This document shows positions 36,097 to 46,837 of a stretch of 52,932 nucleotides of DNA, in pieces. Made by a program: the position numbers and the translations under genes. The stretch's first letter is position 1. The number at the start of each line of letters is the position of its first letter. The notes under the pieces are model-generated. The model saw nothing but the letters and a program-made list of their open reading frames with translations. It was not told the origin of the DNA and ran no database searches. The DNA comes from a virus (taxonomy: Duplodnaviria; Caudoviricetes), in the IMG/VR virus record IMGVR_UViG_3300046170_000229, positions 1 to 52,932 of that record, one strand, 5' to 3'.

Positions 36097-36999
36097 ATGA
36101 ATGAAGAAGAAAAGCAAACTGAAGTTATTGAGGAAGGCAAAGAATCAACACCCGTTGAGACTAAGTCTGAATCATTAGGAAGTCCAAAACCTTACAAAAA
36201 CAAAGACCGTGAGGATGTTTGGAAAGACGATGAACCCAATAATGAAAAGAGTGCAGCTACCGTTGACAAGGACACCGAAGAAGATTCTAAGGCTACTCCG
36301 GATGAACAACGCCCTGCAAGTGCTGAAGAAAAAGTGTTTAAGAAACGTTATGACGACCTTAAACGCCATCACGATTCGACTATCGGAAAGCACAAAGATG
36401 AACTTTTAAAACTTAAAAAGCAAGTCGAACAAGCCGCTAAAAAAGCCTATCTACCTCAAATGTCTAAAGATGAATTAGATGATTGGAGAAAAGATAATCC
36501 TGAAATGTATGATGTTATGAAAACATTAGCATATGAGGAAGCTGATGAAAAAACAAAAGCTGTTGAAGTTAAATTGGAAGAGATTAAAAATGCTCAACTA
36601 AATTTATCTAGAGAAAAAGCAGAAGTGGAATTATTAAAATTACACCCTGACTTTTATGAAATCAAAGGCAGCGATGAGTTTCATGAGTGGGCGGATAAGC
36701 AAGATGACATGATTAAAAATTGGCTATATAACAATTTTGATAATGCTAAACTTGCTGCTAGAGCAATTGATTTATATAAGATGGACTCAGGTTTATCTAA
36801 AAAAGCAAAAGTATCTAGTTCAGAAGCTAAAGCGGAAGCAGCAAAAGCTGTTACTAAAACTCGTACTGGTGATGAAAACAAAATGAAGGAAAAGAAAGTT
36901 TGGAGTTTAAAAGAAATATCCAAACTTAAACCTTATGAGTTTGATAAGTTAGAAAAGGAAATCGACACTGCTAAACGAGAAGGTAGAATCACATCTTAA
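36097..36999 (+). CDS. Capsid scaffolding protein
   Basis: Acidic N-terminus, FKKRYDDLKRH, HPDF, C-terminal EIDTAKREGRI; precedes the capsid gene. Confidence 0.85.
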   Translation: MNEEEKQTEVIEEGKESTPVETKSESLGSPKPYKNKDREDVWKDDEPNNEKSAATVDKDTEEDSKATPDEQRPASAEEKVFKKRYDDLKRHHDSTIGKHKDELLKLKKQVEQAAKKAYLPQMSKDELDDWRKDNPEMYDVMKTLAYEEADEKTKAVEVKLEEIKNAQLNLSREKAEVELLKLHPDFYEIKGSDEFHEWADKQDDMIKNWLYNNFDNAKLAARAIDLYKMDSGLSKKAKVSSSEAKAEAAKAVTKTRTGDENKMKEKKVWSLKEISKLKPYEFDKLEKEIDTAKREGRITS

Positions 37000-37028
37000 C
37001 TAAATAACAATAATAAAGGAGAAATAAA

Positions 37029-37928
37029 ATGGCAGTATCAAGAAGTTCCGGTTACGGAAATTTGCCTAACGATAATTTTATCCCTCAGATATTTAGTCAA
37101 AAAGTTCAAAAATTCTTCAGAAGAGCGTCTGTTGTTGAGGATATCACAAATACAGATTATGCCGGAGAGATTGAAAATTTTGGCGATACTGTGAAAATTA
37201 TCAAAGAACCTGTAGTAAGTGTACAAGCTTACACAAGAGGTTCAGTAGTAAACCCGCAAGATTTAGCTGATGACCAAATTACTATGGTTGTCGACCAAGC
37301 TAATGCTTTTGCATTTAAAGTAGACGACATTGAAGAAAGACATTCTCACATTAACTTTGAGAGTGTTGCAACTTCATCAGGTGCGTATGCTCTTAAGAAT
37401 AACTATGACCAAAACGTATTATCAAATATGTTCTCAGGTGCAGGAACTACAATTGGTTCAGATGGCTCAGGACAAGATGTAGGTTTTGGTAGTTCAGAGA
37501 TTGACCCATTAAATGTAATGGCAAATCATTCTAAGAGACTAAACGCAGCAGACATCCCATTTGAAAACAGATGGTTTGTTGCTTCACCTGCTTTTTACGA
37601 GCAATTACAGCAAACTGACTCTAAGTTACTTGACACACGTTTTTCAGGAGACGCTGATGGCGTTCTGAGAAATGGTAAAGTGTACGAAGGAAACATTGGT
37701 GGTTTTACTTTATATATGAGTAATAACTTACCTGCTTCTTCAACATCTAACTATGAGAAGATATTATCAGGTCACATGTCTTCAGCTTCAACAGCAAATC
37801 ATATTGCTAAAATTGAAGTTGTAAGAGACCCTGATTCTTTTGCTGATGTTGTACGTGGTTTACACGTTTTCGGAAGAAAAGTATTAAGAACAGAAGCTCT
37901 ACTTGCAGAGCATATATTAATCGACTAA
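37029..37928 (+). CDS. Major capsid protein
   Basis: NFIPQIFS, TNTDYAGEI, GDTVKI, FKVDDIE, RDPDSFADVVRGLHVFG. Confidence 0.92.
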   Translation: MAVSRSSGYGNLPNDNFIPQIFSQKVQKFFRRASVVEDITNTDYAGEIENFGDTVKIIKEPVVSVQAYTRGSVVNPQDLADDQITMVVDQANAFAFKVDDIEERHSHINFESVATSSGAYALKNNYDQNVLSNMFSGAGTTIGSDGSGQDVGFGSSEIDPLNVMANHSKRLNAADIPFENRWFVASPAFYEQLQQTDSKLLDTRFSGDADGVLRNGKVYEGNIGGFTLYMSNNLPASSTSNYEKILSGHMSSASTANHIAKIEVVRDPDSFADVVRGLHVFGRKVLRTEALLAEHILID

Positions 37929-37946
37929 TAGAGGAGGAACTATATT

Positions 37947-38390
37947 ATGACAGCATATAATAGCAGTGTTACTTCTACTAACATTCCTGCAAAAAGGGGT
38001 GCTAGTATTCCAAGAGTAATATCAGACGTAGTAGATTTTTCTTCTACTACAAATGCTTCAGGCGATACTTTTGATATCTTACCTATTCCGGCTAACTCTT
38101 TAGTTTTAGCTGCAGGTTTTGATATTATGACAGTAGGTACTGGTTCAGGTACAGTTGCACTAGGAGATAGTGTAGATGCAGACCAGTATGTTGCAGCAGT
38201 AAATTTACAAGCTGCAGGACAAAAAGTAACGTTGGACGCTAACTATGCCTATTCTTCTGCTGATGCTATAAGAGCAACTATTGCTACAGCAGCAGTGAAT
38301 GGAGTAATTAGAGTATGGGCTTGTGTTATTTCACTAGATGATGGTGGAACATTATCTGATAGTGATACACAAACATCAACTTACTCATAA
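37947..38390 (+). CDS. Minor capsid/decoration protein
   Basis: GAGGAGG SD; follows the capsid gene; beta-rich. Confidence 0.7.
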   Translation: MTAYNSSVTSTNIPAKRGASIPRVISDVVDFSSTTNASGDTFDILPIPANSLVLAAGFDIMTVGTGSGTVALGDSVDADQYVAAVNLQAAGQKVTLDANYAYSSADAIRATIATAAVNGVIRVWACVISLDDGGTLSDSDTQTSTYS

Positions 38391-38402
38391 TACATAAATA
38401 AC

Positions 38403-38426
38403 AAAGGGGGGTTTATTCCCCCCTTT
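38403..38426 (+). terminator. Intrinsic terminator after the capsid genes
   Basis: AAAGGGGGG-TTTATT-CCCCCCTTT. Confidence 0.8.
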
Positions 38427-38439
38427 AATTAAATTTAAA

Positions 38440-38730
38440 ATGCCAATATATATTTATGAAAATACTAAAACAGGTAAAGTATGGGAAGAGAATGTTCCCT
38501 ATGAAGATAGAAATAAAATTGTTAAAAAAGATATAATTAGAATACCTGCAGCTACTAATATGCTTCGTATTTTAAATACAAATGAAAATAAAATTAGAGA
38601 CCGTTTAGGTAGTATGGCTCAACAAGGTTATAAACAAAGAGATACTTTAGAAAAAAAAGGATTAATAAAAGTTTCTAACACTGAAAAAGAAAGTAGAGAG
38701 AAACGCAAACAAAAAAGGAAATGGGTGTAA
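38440..38730 (+). CDS. Hypothetical protein, FmdB-like N-terminus lacking Cys
   Basis: MPIYIYENTKTGKVWE. Confidence 0.65.
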   Translation: MPIYIYENTKTGKVWEENVPYEDRNKIVKKDIIRIPAATNMLRILNTNENKIRDRLGSMAQQGYKQRDTLEKKGLIKVSNTEKESREKRKQKRKWV

Positions 38731-39810
38731 ATGAATTACTTACAATTATGTAATGCTGTATTATTAGAACTTAATGAAGTTGTTCTTACTTCTGCAAATT
38801 TTGCAGATAGTAGAGGTGTACAATCAGCAACCAAAGAATTTGTTAATAAAGCTGTTTCTGATTTATATAGTGCAGAAGTAGAGTGGGCATGGTTACATAC
38901 TTCTACTACTCAAGATACTATAGTAGGTCAACAAGAATACACACTACCTACAGATATGAGAAAAGTAGATTTTGAATCTTTTTATCTTACTCCTAAACAA
39001 GTTATATCTAATAATGAATTTACCAGTAATATATCTAATTGGACAACAGTTTCAGGTTCTCCTTCTTATTCATCTTTAGGTAACGGTAGAATATTATTAA
39101 ATAATTCAGAAGTTACTCAGGCTGTTACGGTTACAACAAATAGACAATATCAACTAGCAGTAAGAGTAATGGGAGGTACGGTTAACCTTAAAGTAGGTAC
39201 TTCATCAGGAGACAGTAGTATTATTAATACTAATATATCTGTTGCAAATGTAGGAGAAGGTAAAATGCATTATGTATTATTTACTCCTACTGTTTCTACT
39301 ATTTATGTAGGTTTAGCTAATACTGCAAGTGCAGATTACTATGTTGATTTTATAAAATTAGCAGAAGACTTTCAACCTTTTAAATTAAGGTACATTGCTT
39401 ATGATGATTTTTTAAGAGATTATAGCCATAGAGATTTTGATACAGATGTTAAATATAAAAAACCTGATAGAGTTTATAGAACACAAAATCACACTAGTTT
39501 TGGTTTAACACCTATTCCTAATAAAGATACTTATACAATAAATTATGAATATTTTAAAACACATACAAATTTAAGTAGTTCTACAGACGAACCTTTATTA
39601 CCCTCTAGATATCATAATGTTATAGTAAATAGAGCAAAATATTATTTATATAAATTACGTTCTGATGTTCCTATGGCAAATATAGCTAATGCTGAATACG
39701 AAGATGGTGTTAAAAGAATTAGAATAGAAATGTTAAATAAACCTGATTACATAAGAGATTTAAGAGTAAATCTTAATACTTTATCTTCAGGAGGTTTAAC
39801 TAACGTCTAA
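38731..39810 (+). CDS. Head-tail adaptor/tail tubular protein A with an inserted beta-sandwich domain
   Basis: YLQLCNAVLLELNEV; QQEYTLP; GLTPIP; P.LP.RYH.VI. Confidence 0.75.
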   Translation: MNYLQLCNAVLLELNEVVLTSANFADSRGVQSATKEFVNKAVSDLYSAEVEWAWLHTSTTQDTIVGQQEYTLPTDMRKVDFESFYLTPKQVISNNEFTSNISNWTTVSGSPSYSSLGNGRILLNNSEVTQAVTVTTNRQYQLAVRVMGGTVNLKVGTSSGDSSIINTNISVANVGEGKMHYVLFTPTVSTIYVGLANTASADYYVDFIKLAEDFQPFKLRYIAYDDFLRDYSHRDFDTDVKYKKPDRVYRTQNHTSFGLTPIPNKDTYTINYEYFKTHTNLSSSTDEPLLPSRYHNVIVNRAKYYLYKLRSDVPMANIANAEYEDGVKRIRIEMLNKPDYIRDLRVNLNTLSSGGLTNV

Positions 39811-41351
39811 TGCCTGATACATCTAGTTTAGCCCCTGCCATAGTAAGTTGTGCAGGTGGTTTAGTTCTTAATAGAGATGTATTCTCTATGTCTCCGGGAG
39901 AAGCATTAGAATTAAAAAATTTTGAACCTGATATTGCAGGTGGATATAAAAAAATATTAGGAACTTCATTATACAATTCTAATATTGTACCTGAAGTTTC
40001 TTCTTCTAGTGAACGTGTAGTTATGTCTGCAATATTCAATGACGTTGTTTTAGCTGCAAGAGGTGGAAGTATTCATAGAGCGGGTAGTTCAGGTTCTTGG
40101 ACATCTCTAATTACAGGATTAGGAACGCCTACTGTTAATTATGAATTTAGAAGATTTAACTTTGACGGAACAGATAAAATTATTATATGTTCAGGTACAT
40201 CTACACCTAGAATACTTAATACTAGTTATAGTGTAACTAATGTTAATGCTACAGGAAGTAATAACTTTAAGTTTGTAGAAATATTTAAAAACCATATCTT
40301 TTTTGCAGGTCATCCTACTAATAAACAAGAAATTAGTTTTATGGGTGCTTTTGAAACTAACAACTTTGCTGCTAATGATGGTGGCGGAACAATTAAAGTA
40401 GATACTGAAATTGTAGGATTAAAGACTTTCCGTGATAGCTTAATAATCTTTGGTAAAGATAGTATATTTAAATTAACAGGTTCTACATCATCTGATTTTG
40501 CCATACAACCTGTTACAAGAAAAATAGGATGTATAGATGGTAGAAGTATACAAGAATTTAGTGGAGACGTTGTATTTTTAGCACCAGATGGATTAAGAAC
40601 TATTGCAGGTACAGATAGAATTGGTGACGTTGAGATTGGAACTATTTCTAAACAAATACAAGAAATAATAGATAATATTATAACACATAATATAAATTCT
40701 TTAGTTATTAGAAATAAATCTCAGTACAGATTATTTTTTCCTACCAGTTCAAATCAAGCAGAGGATAATGCAAAAGGTATAACTTGTGTAATTAAAGGTC
40801 AGCCTGAAGGTGGTGCAGCTTTTGAATACTCTGAACTCGAAGGTTTAAAAGTATCTTCTACGGATTCTGATTTTATTAATGATACTGAAACTATAATATC
40901 AGGAGGATATGATGGTTATATATATAAGCAGGAATCAGGTAACACATTTGCTAGAGCAGGGTCTACTGTAAATATTAATGCTTTTTACAGAACTCCTGAC
41001 ATGACAATGGGAGACCCCGGTATAAGAAAAAATATGCAAAGAGTTATTTGGAATTATGAAAATGAAGGAGATGTAAATTCTAGTTTTAAACTTAGATACG
41101 ATTTTGATAGTCCTGACGTTCCTCAGCCTTCAGCATACACTTTATCTACAGGGTCAGGTATTGCTGTGTATGGTTTATCATCATCTCTTTATGGAGCAGG
41201 TGTTTATGGTTCATCAGGAGCAAATTTAGTAAGACAATCTGTAGAGGGTGGTGGCTTTACTATTGCATTACGAGTAGAAGAAACAACAACTAACCAACCA
41301 ATATCATTTAAAGGATATCAATTAGAATTTATACCCGGAGGTAGAAGATAA
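39810..41351 (+). CDS. Tail nozzle/tubular protein B (beta-propeller)
   Basis: NFEPDIAGGY; IGC; GDVVFLAPDGLR; KSQYRLFF. Confidence 0.8.
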   Translation: MPDTSSLAPAIVSCAGGLVLNRDVFSMSPGEALELKNFEPDIAGGYKKILGTSLYNSNIVPEVSSSSERVVMSAIFNDVVLAARGGSIHRAGSSGSWTSLITGLGTPTVNYEFRRFNFDGTDKIIICSGTSTPRILNTSYSVTNVNATGSNNFKFVEIFKNHIFFAGHPTNKQEISFMGAFETNNFAANDGGGTIKVDTEIVGLKTFRDSLIIFGKDSIFKLTGSTSSDFAIQPVTRKIGCIDGRSIQEFSGDVVFLAPDGLRTIAGTDRIGDVEIGTISKQIQEIIDNIITHNINSLVIRNKSQYRLFFPTSSNQAEDNAKGITCVIKGQPEGGAAFEYSELEGLKVSSTDSDFINDTETIISGGYDGYIYKQESGNTFARAGSTVNINAFYRTPDMTMGDPGIRKNMQRVIWNYENEGDVNSSFKLRYDFDSPDVPQPSAYTLSTGSGIAVYGLSSSLYGAGVYGSSGANLVRQSVEGGGFTIALRVEETTTNQPISFKGYQLEFIPGGRR

Positions 41352-43628
41352 ATGGGAACATCATATACGAGGCAACAATCCAGTAATATTACTGATGGTT
41401 CAGTTATTGAAGCTAGTCACTTTAATTCTGAATACAATCAGTTAGAATCAGCTTTTGCTGCATCCACAGGTCACAGCCATGATGGTACAGCAGGAGAAGG
41501 TGGATATGTTCCTCTTGTAGCTGATAGTGATGCAAATAATAAAATACTTGTAGATACATCTAATAATAGATTTGGTGTATTTGTTGAAGTATCTTCAAGT
41601 GCTGTAGAACAATTTAGATTTCAAGACGGTGCTATTGTACCAGTTACAGATAATGATATAGATTTAGGTACAAGTTCTTTAGAATTTAAAGATGCTTATT
41701 TTGATGGTGTTATTTACACTGATAGTTTAGCTTTACCTACAACTACTATTACAGATATTTTAGATGAAGATGATATGTCTTCTAACAGTGCTAGTGCTTT
41801 AGCTACGCAACAATCTATCAAAGCATATGTAGATAATCAATTAACAGCTAGTGATTTAGATTTTCAAGCAGATAGTGGTGGAGCATTAGCTATTGATTTA
41901 GATAGTGAAACTTTAACATTTACTGGTGGTACAGGTATTGATACAAGCGGTAGTGGTAATGCAGTAACTTTTGCAATTGATTCTACAGTTACTACTTTAA
42001 GTGGAAGTCAAACTTTAACAAATAAAACATTAACAACACCTGTTATTGCAGAAATAGATAATTCAAGTGATATTACTTTAGATGCAGGTACAGATATTAT
42101 TTTAGATGCTGATGGTGGAGATATCTTTTTTAAAGATGCGGGTACAACATTTGGTAGTGCAACAAATTCATCAGGAAATTTAATTATTAAATCAGGAACT
42201 ACAACTGCTTTAACATTTAGTGGTGCAAACGTAACTGTAGCAGGAGACTTAACAGTATCTGGTGATGATATTACTATGGGTACAAATACTGCAGGTAATC
42301 TTTTAATTGCAGACGGAACAAATTTTAATTCTGTAGCAGTAGGTTCTTTATCAGAAATATCTACAGTAGCTAATGATGATGTATTTTTAGCAGTAGATAC
42401 TTCAGGTGGTGGACTAAAGAAAATTACAAGAAGTGCTGTTGTAGCAGGACTTGCAACATCAGGTGCTATATCTAATTTATCAGAAGATTCTACACCCCAA
42501 CTAGGTGGAGACTTAGATGTTAATGGTAACGATATTGTATCAGTATCCAATGGTAATATTAATTTATTACCTAATGGTAGTGGTAAAGTTATCATGGATG
42601 GTAATGGTTCATCAGGTGGTATTACTATTACAGATGGTAATATTGATATTAGAACAGGTACAGGGGATGTATCAAAAGTAAAGTTTTATTGTGAGTCCTC
42701 TAATGCACATGCTCAAACACTTCAAGCAGCCCCTCACTCAGCAAGTAGTTCTGCTGTAGTAGTTTTACCAACAGCTTCAGGTACGCTAGTGGCTAGTGGT
42801 GACAGTGGCACAGTAACAAATACTATGTTAGCAGGAAGTATTGCTGATAGTAAGTTAAATACAATTACAACAGCAGATAAAGTTTCAGGTGCTGCAGTAC
42901 AAATAGATGGTGCTACTGATGGTACAAGTATTACGATTGCGGATTCAGATAAACTATTAGTGGATGATGGTGGTACAACAAAGTATGTCAATGCATCACA
43001 ATTAAATAGTTATATAAGTGCGGAGGCTACAGCTATCGCTGCGGATAATATTACTGCAGGTGATGCGGCTATAAATTTTACAACTACTGCAGGTAACATT
43101 ACTATTGATGCACAAGGCAACGATACCGATATTATTTTAAAAGGAACTGATGGTAGTTCTGATACAACTTTCTTAACGCTAGATGGTAGTGCTGCAGGTG
43201 CTGCAACATTTAATAGCGATGTAACAGTAGGTGCTTTATTTAAAATGCCTGATGTTACTGCAGGTAAAATACTTGTAGGTGACGGTACATCTTATGAAGA
43301 AGTGGCAGTATCAGGAGATGCAACTTTAGCATCCAGTGGTGCATTAACAATAGCCGCTACTTCTGTAGAAAATTCTATGTTAGCAGGTTCTATTGCAGAT
43401 AGTAAATTAAACACAATTTCTACTGCAGGTAAAGTAGCATTAACAGCATTAGAGATTGATGGTGGTTCAGATATTGGAGCAGATTTAACAACATCTGATT
43501 TAATTATAGTAGACGATGGTGCAGGTGGTACAAATAAAAAAGCCGCACTATCAAGAGTAGTAACATTAATGTCAGCCCAAGGATTTTCTACTGAAGACCC
43601 AACAGCATTGGCAATAGCATTAGGATAA
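41352..43628 (+). CDS. Tail fibre protein
   Basis: YTRQ...GHSHDG N-terminal anchor; SALATQQSIKAYVD; TPQLGGDLDVNG; C-terminal ALAIALG. Confidence 0.85.
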   Translation: MGTSYTRQQSSNITDGSVIEASHFNSEYNQLESAFAASTGHSHDGTAGEGGYVPLVADSDANNKILVDTSNNRFGVFVEVSSSAVEQFRFQDGAIVPVTDNDIDLGTSSLEFKDAYFDGVIYTDSLALPTTTITDILDEDDMSSNSASALATQQSIKAYVDNQLTASDLDFQADSGGALAIDLDSETLTFTGGTGIDTSGSGNAVTFAIDSTVTTLSGSQTLTNKTLTTPVIAEIDNSSDITLDAGTDIILDADGGDIFFKDAGTTFGSATNSSGNLIIKSGTTTALTFSGANVTVAGDLTVSGDDITMGTNTAGNLLIADGTNFNSVAVGSLSEISTVANDDVFLAVDTSGGGLKKITRSAVVAGLATSGAISNLSEDSTPQLGGDLDVNGNDIVSVSNGNINLLPNGSGKVIMDGNGSSGGITITDGNIDIRTGTGDVSKVKFYCESSNAHAQTLQAAPHSASSSAVVVLPTASGTLVASGDSGTVTNTMLAGSIADSKLNTITTADKVSGAAVQIDGATDGTSITIADSDKLLVDDGGTTKYVNASQLNSYISAEATAIAADNITAGDAAINFTTTAGNITIDAQGNDTDIILKGTDGSSDTTFLTLDGSAAGAATFNSDVTVGALFKMPDVTAGKILVGDGTSYEEVAVSGDATLASSGALTIAATSVENSMLAGSIADSKLNTISTAGKVALTALEIDGGSDIGADLTTSDLIIVDDGAGGTNKKAALSRVVTLMSAQGFSTEDPTALAIALG

Positions 43629-43639
43629 TAGGAGGATAG

Positions 43640-43987
43640 ATGGCAAATACGTTTAAAACAATAACTAAAGCAGGAGTAACTAGTGCTGACGTTATCTATA
43701 CAGTGGCAAGTAGTACAACAACAGTGCTTCTTGGTATTATGATAGGTAACACAACAACTAGTCAAATTACTGTAACAGTTAGTTTGGCTTCAGATACTTC
43801 CAATAGAGCAGGAGCAAACAATGAGGCTAACCAAACAGTTGAGTTAGTAACCAATGCACCCGTTCCTGTTGGTGGTACACTTGAGTTGTTAGCAGGAAAT
43901 AAAGTTGTTATGGAAACAACAGATGCTCTTTCGCTAACATCTTCAGCAGCAGCAGACATAATTTTATCAGTAATGGAGATAACCTAG
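43640..43987 (+). CDS. Tail-fibre-associated structural protein
   Basis: MANTFK...LSVMEIT; AGGAGG SD. Confidence 0.75.
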   Translation: MANTFKTITKAGVTSADVIYTVASSTTTVLLGIMIGNTTTSQITVTVSLASDTSNRAGANNEANQTVELVTNAPVPVGGTLELLAGNKVVMETTDALSLTSSAAADIILSVMEIT

Positions 43988-43988
43988 A

Positions 43989-44657
43989 ATGGCATACGTT
44001 GGTACACCTATAGATACAACCAATCAGTTTCAATCTTTACAAGGTAAGAGGTTTAGTGGTGATGCTAGTACAACAGCATTTACATTAGACATTGCCCCAA
44101 GTTCAGTATTTGACATAGAAGTTTTTGTAGAAAATGTTCGTCAAGACCCAAACTCTGCATATGGCATAAGCGGAACTACCCTTACATTTACTGGAGCGCC
44201 TCCTTCTGGTACAAATAATATTTATGTAATACATCAAGCAAAGGCAGTAGGAACTATTGAAGTTTTAGACAGTGCTATTACGACTGCTAAAATTAATGAT
44301 AACGCTGTTTCTTTTGCCAAATTAGATAGCACCAATCAATCTTTTGTTAAGTCTATTCCTCAATCAGGTAGTGCCAAAACAAGTTCATACACACTAACAA
44401 CAAGCGACATAGGTTCATTTATAGAAGTAGGTTCTAGTGGTGCTATAACAATTCCAAACAGCACTTTTAGTGCAGGAAATGCTATTTCTTTATTTAATAA
44501 TACTTCAGGTAATATTACAGTAACTTGTTCTATTACAACTGCTTACATTGCGGGAACAAATACAGATAAGTCATCAGTTACTTTGGCTACAAGAGGTGTT
44601 GCTACTATTTTATTTATTAGTGGAACAGTTTGTGTTATTTCTGGAAATGTTAGTTAA
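43989..44657 (+). CDS. Tail fibre subunit (MAY.G N-terminal module)
   Basis: FSGDASTTAFTL; VENVRQDP; ITTAKI. Confidence 0.75.
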   Translation: MAYVGTPIDTTNQFQSLQGKRFSGDASTTAFTLDIAPSSVFDIEVFVENVRQDPNSAYGISGTTLTFTGAPPSGTNNIYVIHQAKAVGTIEVLDSAITTAKINDNAVSFAKLDSTNQSFVKSIPQSGSAKTSSYTLTTSDIGSFIEVGSSGAITIPNSTFSAGNAISLFNNTSGNITVTCSITTAYIAGTNTDKSSVTLATRGVATILFISGTVCVISGNVS

Positions 44658-45598
44658 TGAGCGGAATACACCTTAATTTATTAGGTAGTGCATTTACACC
44701 TGACTACGATGTAGATTTTTTAGTTATTGCAGGGGGTGCAGGTGCAGGACATGGTGGTGGTGGTGCAGGTGGATATAGAGCATCATACAACTCAGAAACA
44801 TCAGGTGGCGGTGGTTCTTCAGAATCTACATTAACATTCACACCTTCTACAACATACACAATTACTGTAGGTGCAGGTGGTGCAGGTGGCACATCTGTGA
44901 CTCATACCTCTACTCAATATGCAAATAGTGGTTCAAATTCTTCTTTAAGTGGTTCTGATATATCGACAATCACTTCTACAGGTGGAGGTAGAGGAGCATA
45001 TCCCTCAAATACTGACTCTGATAGAAATGGTGGTGCAGGTGGTTCAGGCGGTGGTGGTGCATTTGATTGGGATGCAGGTCAAGGATATACTGGTGGTACA
45101 GGCGGAGCAGGTACATCAAATCAAGGTTTTGCAGGTGGTGCAGGTGGCAACGCAGCGGGTGCAGAATATCTTGGTGCAGGTGGCGGTGGCGGTGCAGGAG
45201 CAGCAGGTAGCAATCATAGTGGCACTCTTGGCGGTGCAGGTGGTGCAGGAGTAGCTTCAACTATCACAGGCTCATCTGTTACAAGAGCAGGTGGAGGTGG
45301 AGGTGGTTCTTTTCCATCATCATCAGGCTCTGGCAATTCTTCAGGTGGTTCAGGCGGAGGCGGAGCAGGTACTAACACAACTGGTAATAATGGCAGTGCA
45401 AATACTGGTGGTGGAGCAGGTGGTGGAGATTGGTATTGGTCTAATTCACCTACTACAGCAAGTGGTGGTTCTGGTGTCGTTATCCTTCGTATGCCAACTG
45501 TTCTTTATTCAGGCACAACAAGTGGTTCACCTTCTGTTACCACAAGTGGTTCAGATACAATATTAACATACACTGGTTCAGGGAGTTACACAGCGTAA
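44657..45598 (+). CDS. Glycine-rich tail/receptor-binding domain protein
   Basis: FLVIAGG, GGGGAGG repeats, GGSGVVILR. Confidence 0.8.
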   Translation: MSGIHLNLLGSAFTPDYDVDFLVIAGGAGAGHGGGGAGGYRASYNSETSGGGGSSESTLTFTPSTTYTITVGAGGAGGTSVTHTSTQYANSGSNSSLSGSDISTITSTGGGRGAYPSNTDSDRNGGAGGSGGGGAFDWDAGQGYTGGTGGAGTSNQGFAGGAGGNAAGAEYLGAGGGGGAGAAGSNHSGTLGGAGGAGVASTITGSSVTRAGGGGGGSFPSSSGSGNSSGGSGGGGAGTNTTGNNGSANTGGGAGGGDWYWSNSPTTASGGSGVVILRMPTVLYSGTTSGSPSVTTSGSDTILTYTGSGSYTA

Positions 45599-45945
45599 TG
45601 GCACATTTTGCAAAATTAGGAGTTGGAAACATTATTGAAAAAGTGGAAGTGGTATCAAATGATATTGCTACAGACGAGCAAACTGGAGTAGATTTTTTAA
45701 ACAATCTATATAAAACAAATGATGTTTGGAAACAGACTTCTTATAATGGTAATATAAGAAAAAACTTTGCAGGTATTGGTTATACATATGACCAAACAAG
45801 AGATGCTTTTATTCCACCCAAACCTTTTAACAGTTGGGCATTAGATGAGGATACTTGTCTTTGGAAAGCACCTGTTGCTTACCCTAATGATGGTAAAATT
45901 TATCAGTGGAATGAAACAGACCAACAATGGGATTTAGTAAAATAA
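45598..45945 (+). CDS. Tail-associated protein
   Basis: MAHFAKL, WKQTSYN, RKNFAGIGYTYD, W.APVAYP. Confidence 0.8.
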   Translation: MAHFAKLGVGNIIEKVEVVSNDIATDEQTGVDFLNNLYKTNDVWKQTSYNGNIRKNFAGIGYTYDQTRDAFIPPKPFNSWALDEDTCLWKAPVAYPNDGKIYQWNETDQQWDLVK

Positions 45946-45968
45946 AAATATTATAATAGGAGTAAATA

Positions 45969-46547
45969 ATGTCACTTAGTAAAATACAATCAGAATCAAT
46001 AAATTTAGCAGACAACTTTGCCTTTTCAGGTACAGTTAGTGGTGCAGGTGGTGGTAAGGTAGGGCAGGTAGTATCAACTACATTTACAGGAACAGAAAGT
46101 ACTACCGCAAAAGCTAGTAGTGATAGCTTTACAGACAGTTCTGTTACAGCAAGTATAACTCCAACAGCAACTTCTAGTAAAATTATGGTTATGGCTACTG
46201 TTAATCAAGGTGTATCAGATGGTGGTAATGGTTTGCACATAGGAAGATTTACTCAAGCAATAAGTGGTGGCTCAACAACAGCAGTTTTTGTTGGTGCTAC
46301 AGCAGGTAACAGAATAGAAACATCATCAGGTAGGATGGATGGAATGACAGATAGCTCAATTTTTAATTCCAGTTTTAATTTTTTATTAACACCAAGTACT
46401 ACATCCGCAGTAACAGTAACTTATCAATTTGCAATTAGAGGAACTAGTAGTCAAACCGCTTATATTAATAGAAATGGTGGTAACCATGATAGTGTAGAAA
46501 ATCAAAGGACTGCTTCTGCAATTACACTAATGGAGGTACTAGCATAA
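45969..46547 (+). CDS. Tail-fibre tip module protein
   Basis: GGKVGQVV; ITPTATSSKI; ITLMEVLA. Confidence 0.75.
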   Translation: MSLSKIQSESINLADNFAFSGTVSGAGGGKVGQVVSTTFTGTESTTAKASSDSFTDSSVTASITPTATSSKIMVMATVNQGVSDGGNGLHIGRFTQAISGGSTTAVFVGATAGNRIETSSGRMDGMTDSSIFNSSFNFLLTPSTTSAVTVTYQFAIRGTSSQTAYINRNGGNHDSVENQRTASAITLMEVLA

Positions 46548-46828
46548 TGGCAGATTTACACAAAGCAATTAGAGCAATACATAATACAGTTATTTATATT
46601 AGTGGAGAAACTAAAGAAAATATTATAGCAAAAGATATTGATGGCAATGAAGTAAATATAAACTGGACAAATGTTGAAGCATGGACTGACCCAAATGAAT
46701 ATCAATATAAAAGAGCTGCCGAGTACCCTAGCGTTGTTGACCAACTTGATAAAATATACCATGATGGCGTTGATAAATGGAAAGAAGAAATGATAAAACC
46801 AATTAAGGATAAATACCCAAAAGGATAG
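46547..46828 (+). CDS. Small partner/chaperone-like protein
   Basis: YQYKRAAEYP...QLD...IKDKYPK. Confidence 0.75.
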   Translation: MADLHKAIRAIHNTVIYISGETKENIIAKDIDGNEVNINWTNVEAWTDPNEYQYKRAAEYPSVVDQLDKIYHDGVDKWKEEMIKPIKDKYPKG

Positions 46829-46837
46829 GAGGGATAG

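Noticed and set aside
42008-45566. Antisense and alternate-frame ORFs over tail and Gly-rich genes (e.g. 42008..42595, 43292..43765, 44949..45254, 44976..45260)
   Set aside because: Shadows of biased codon usage; no SD; implausible composition
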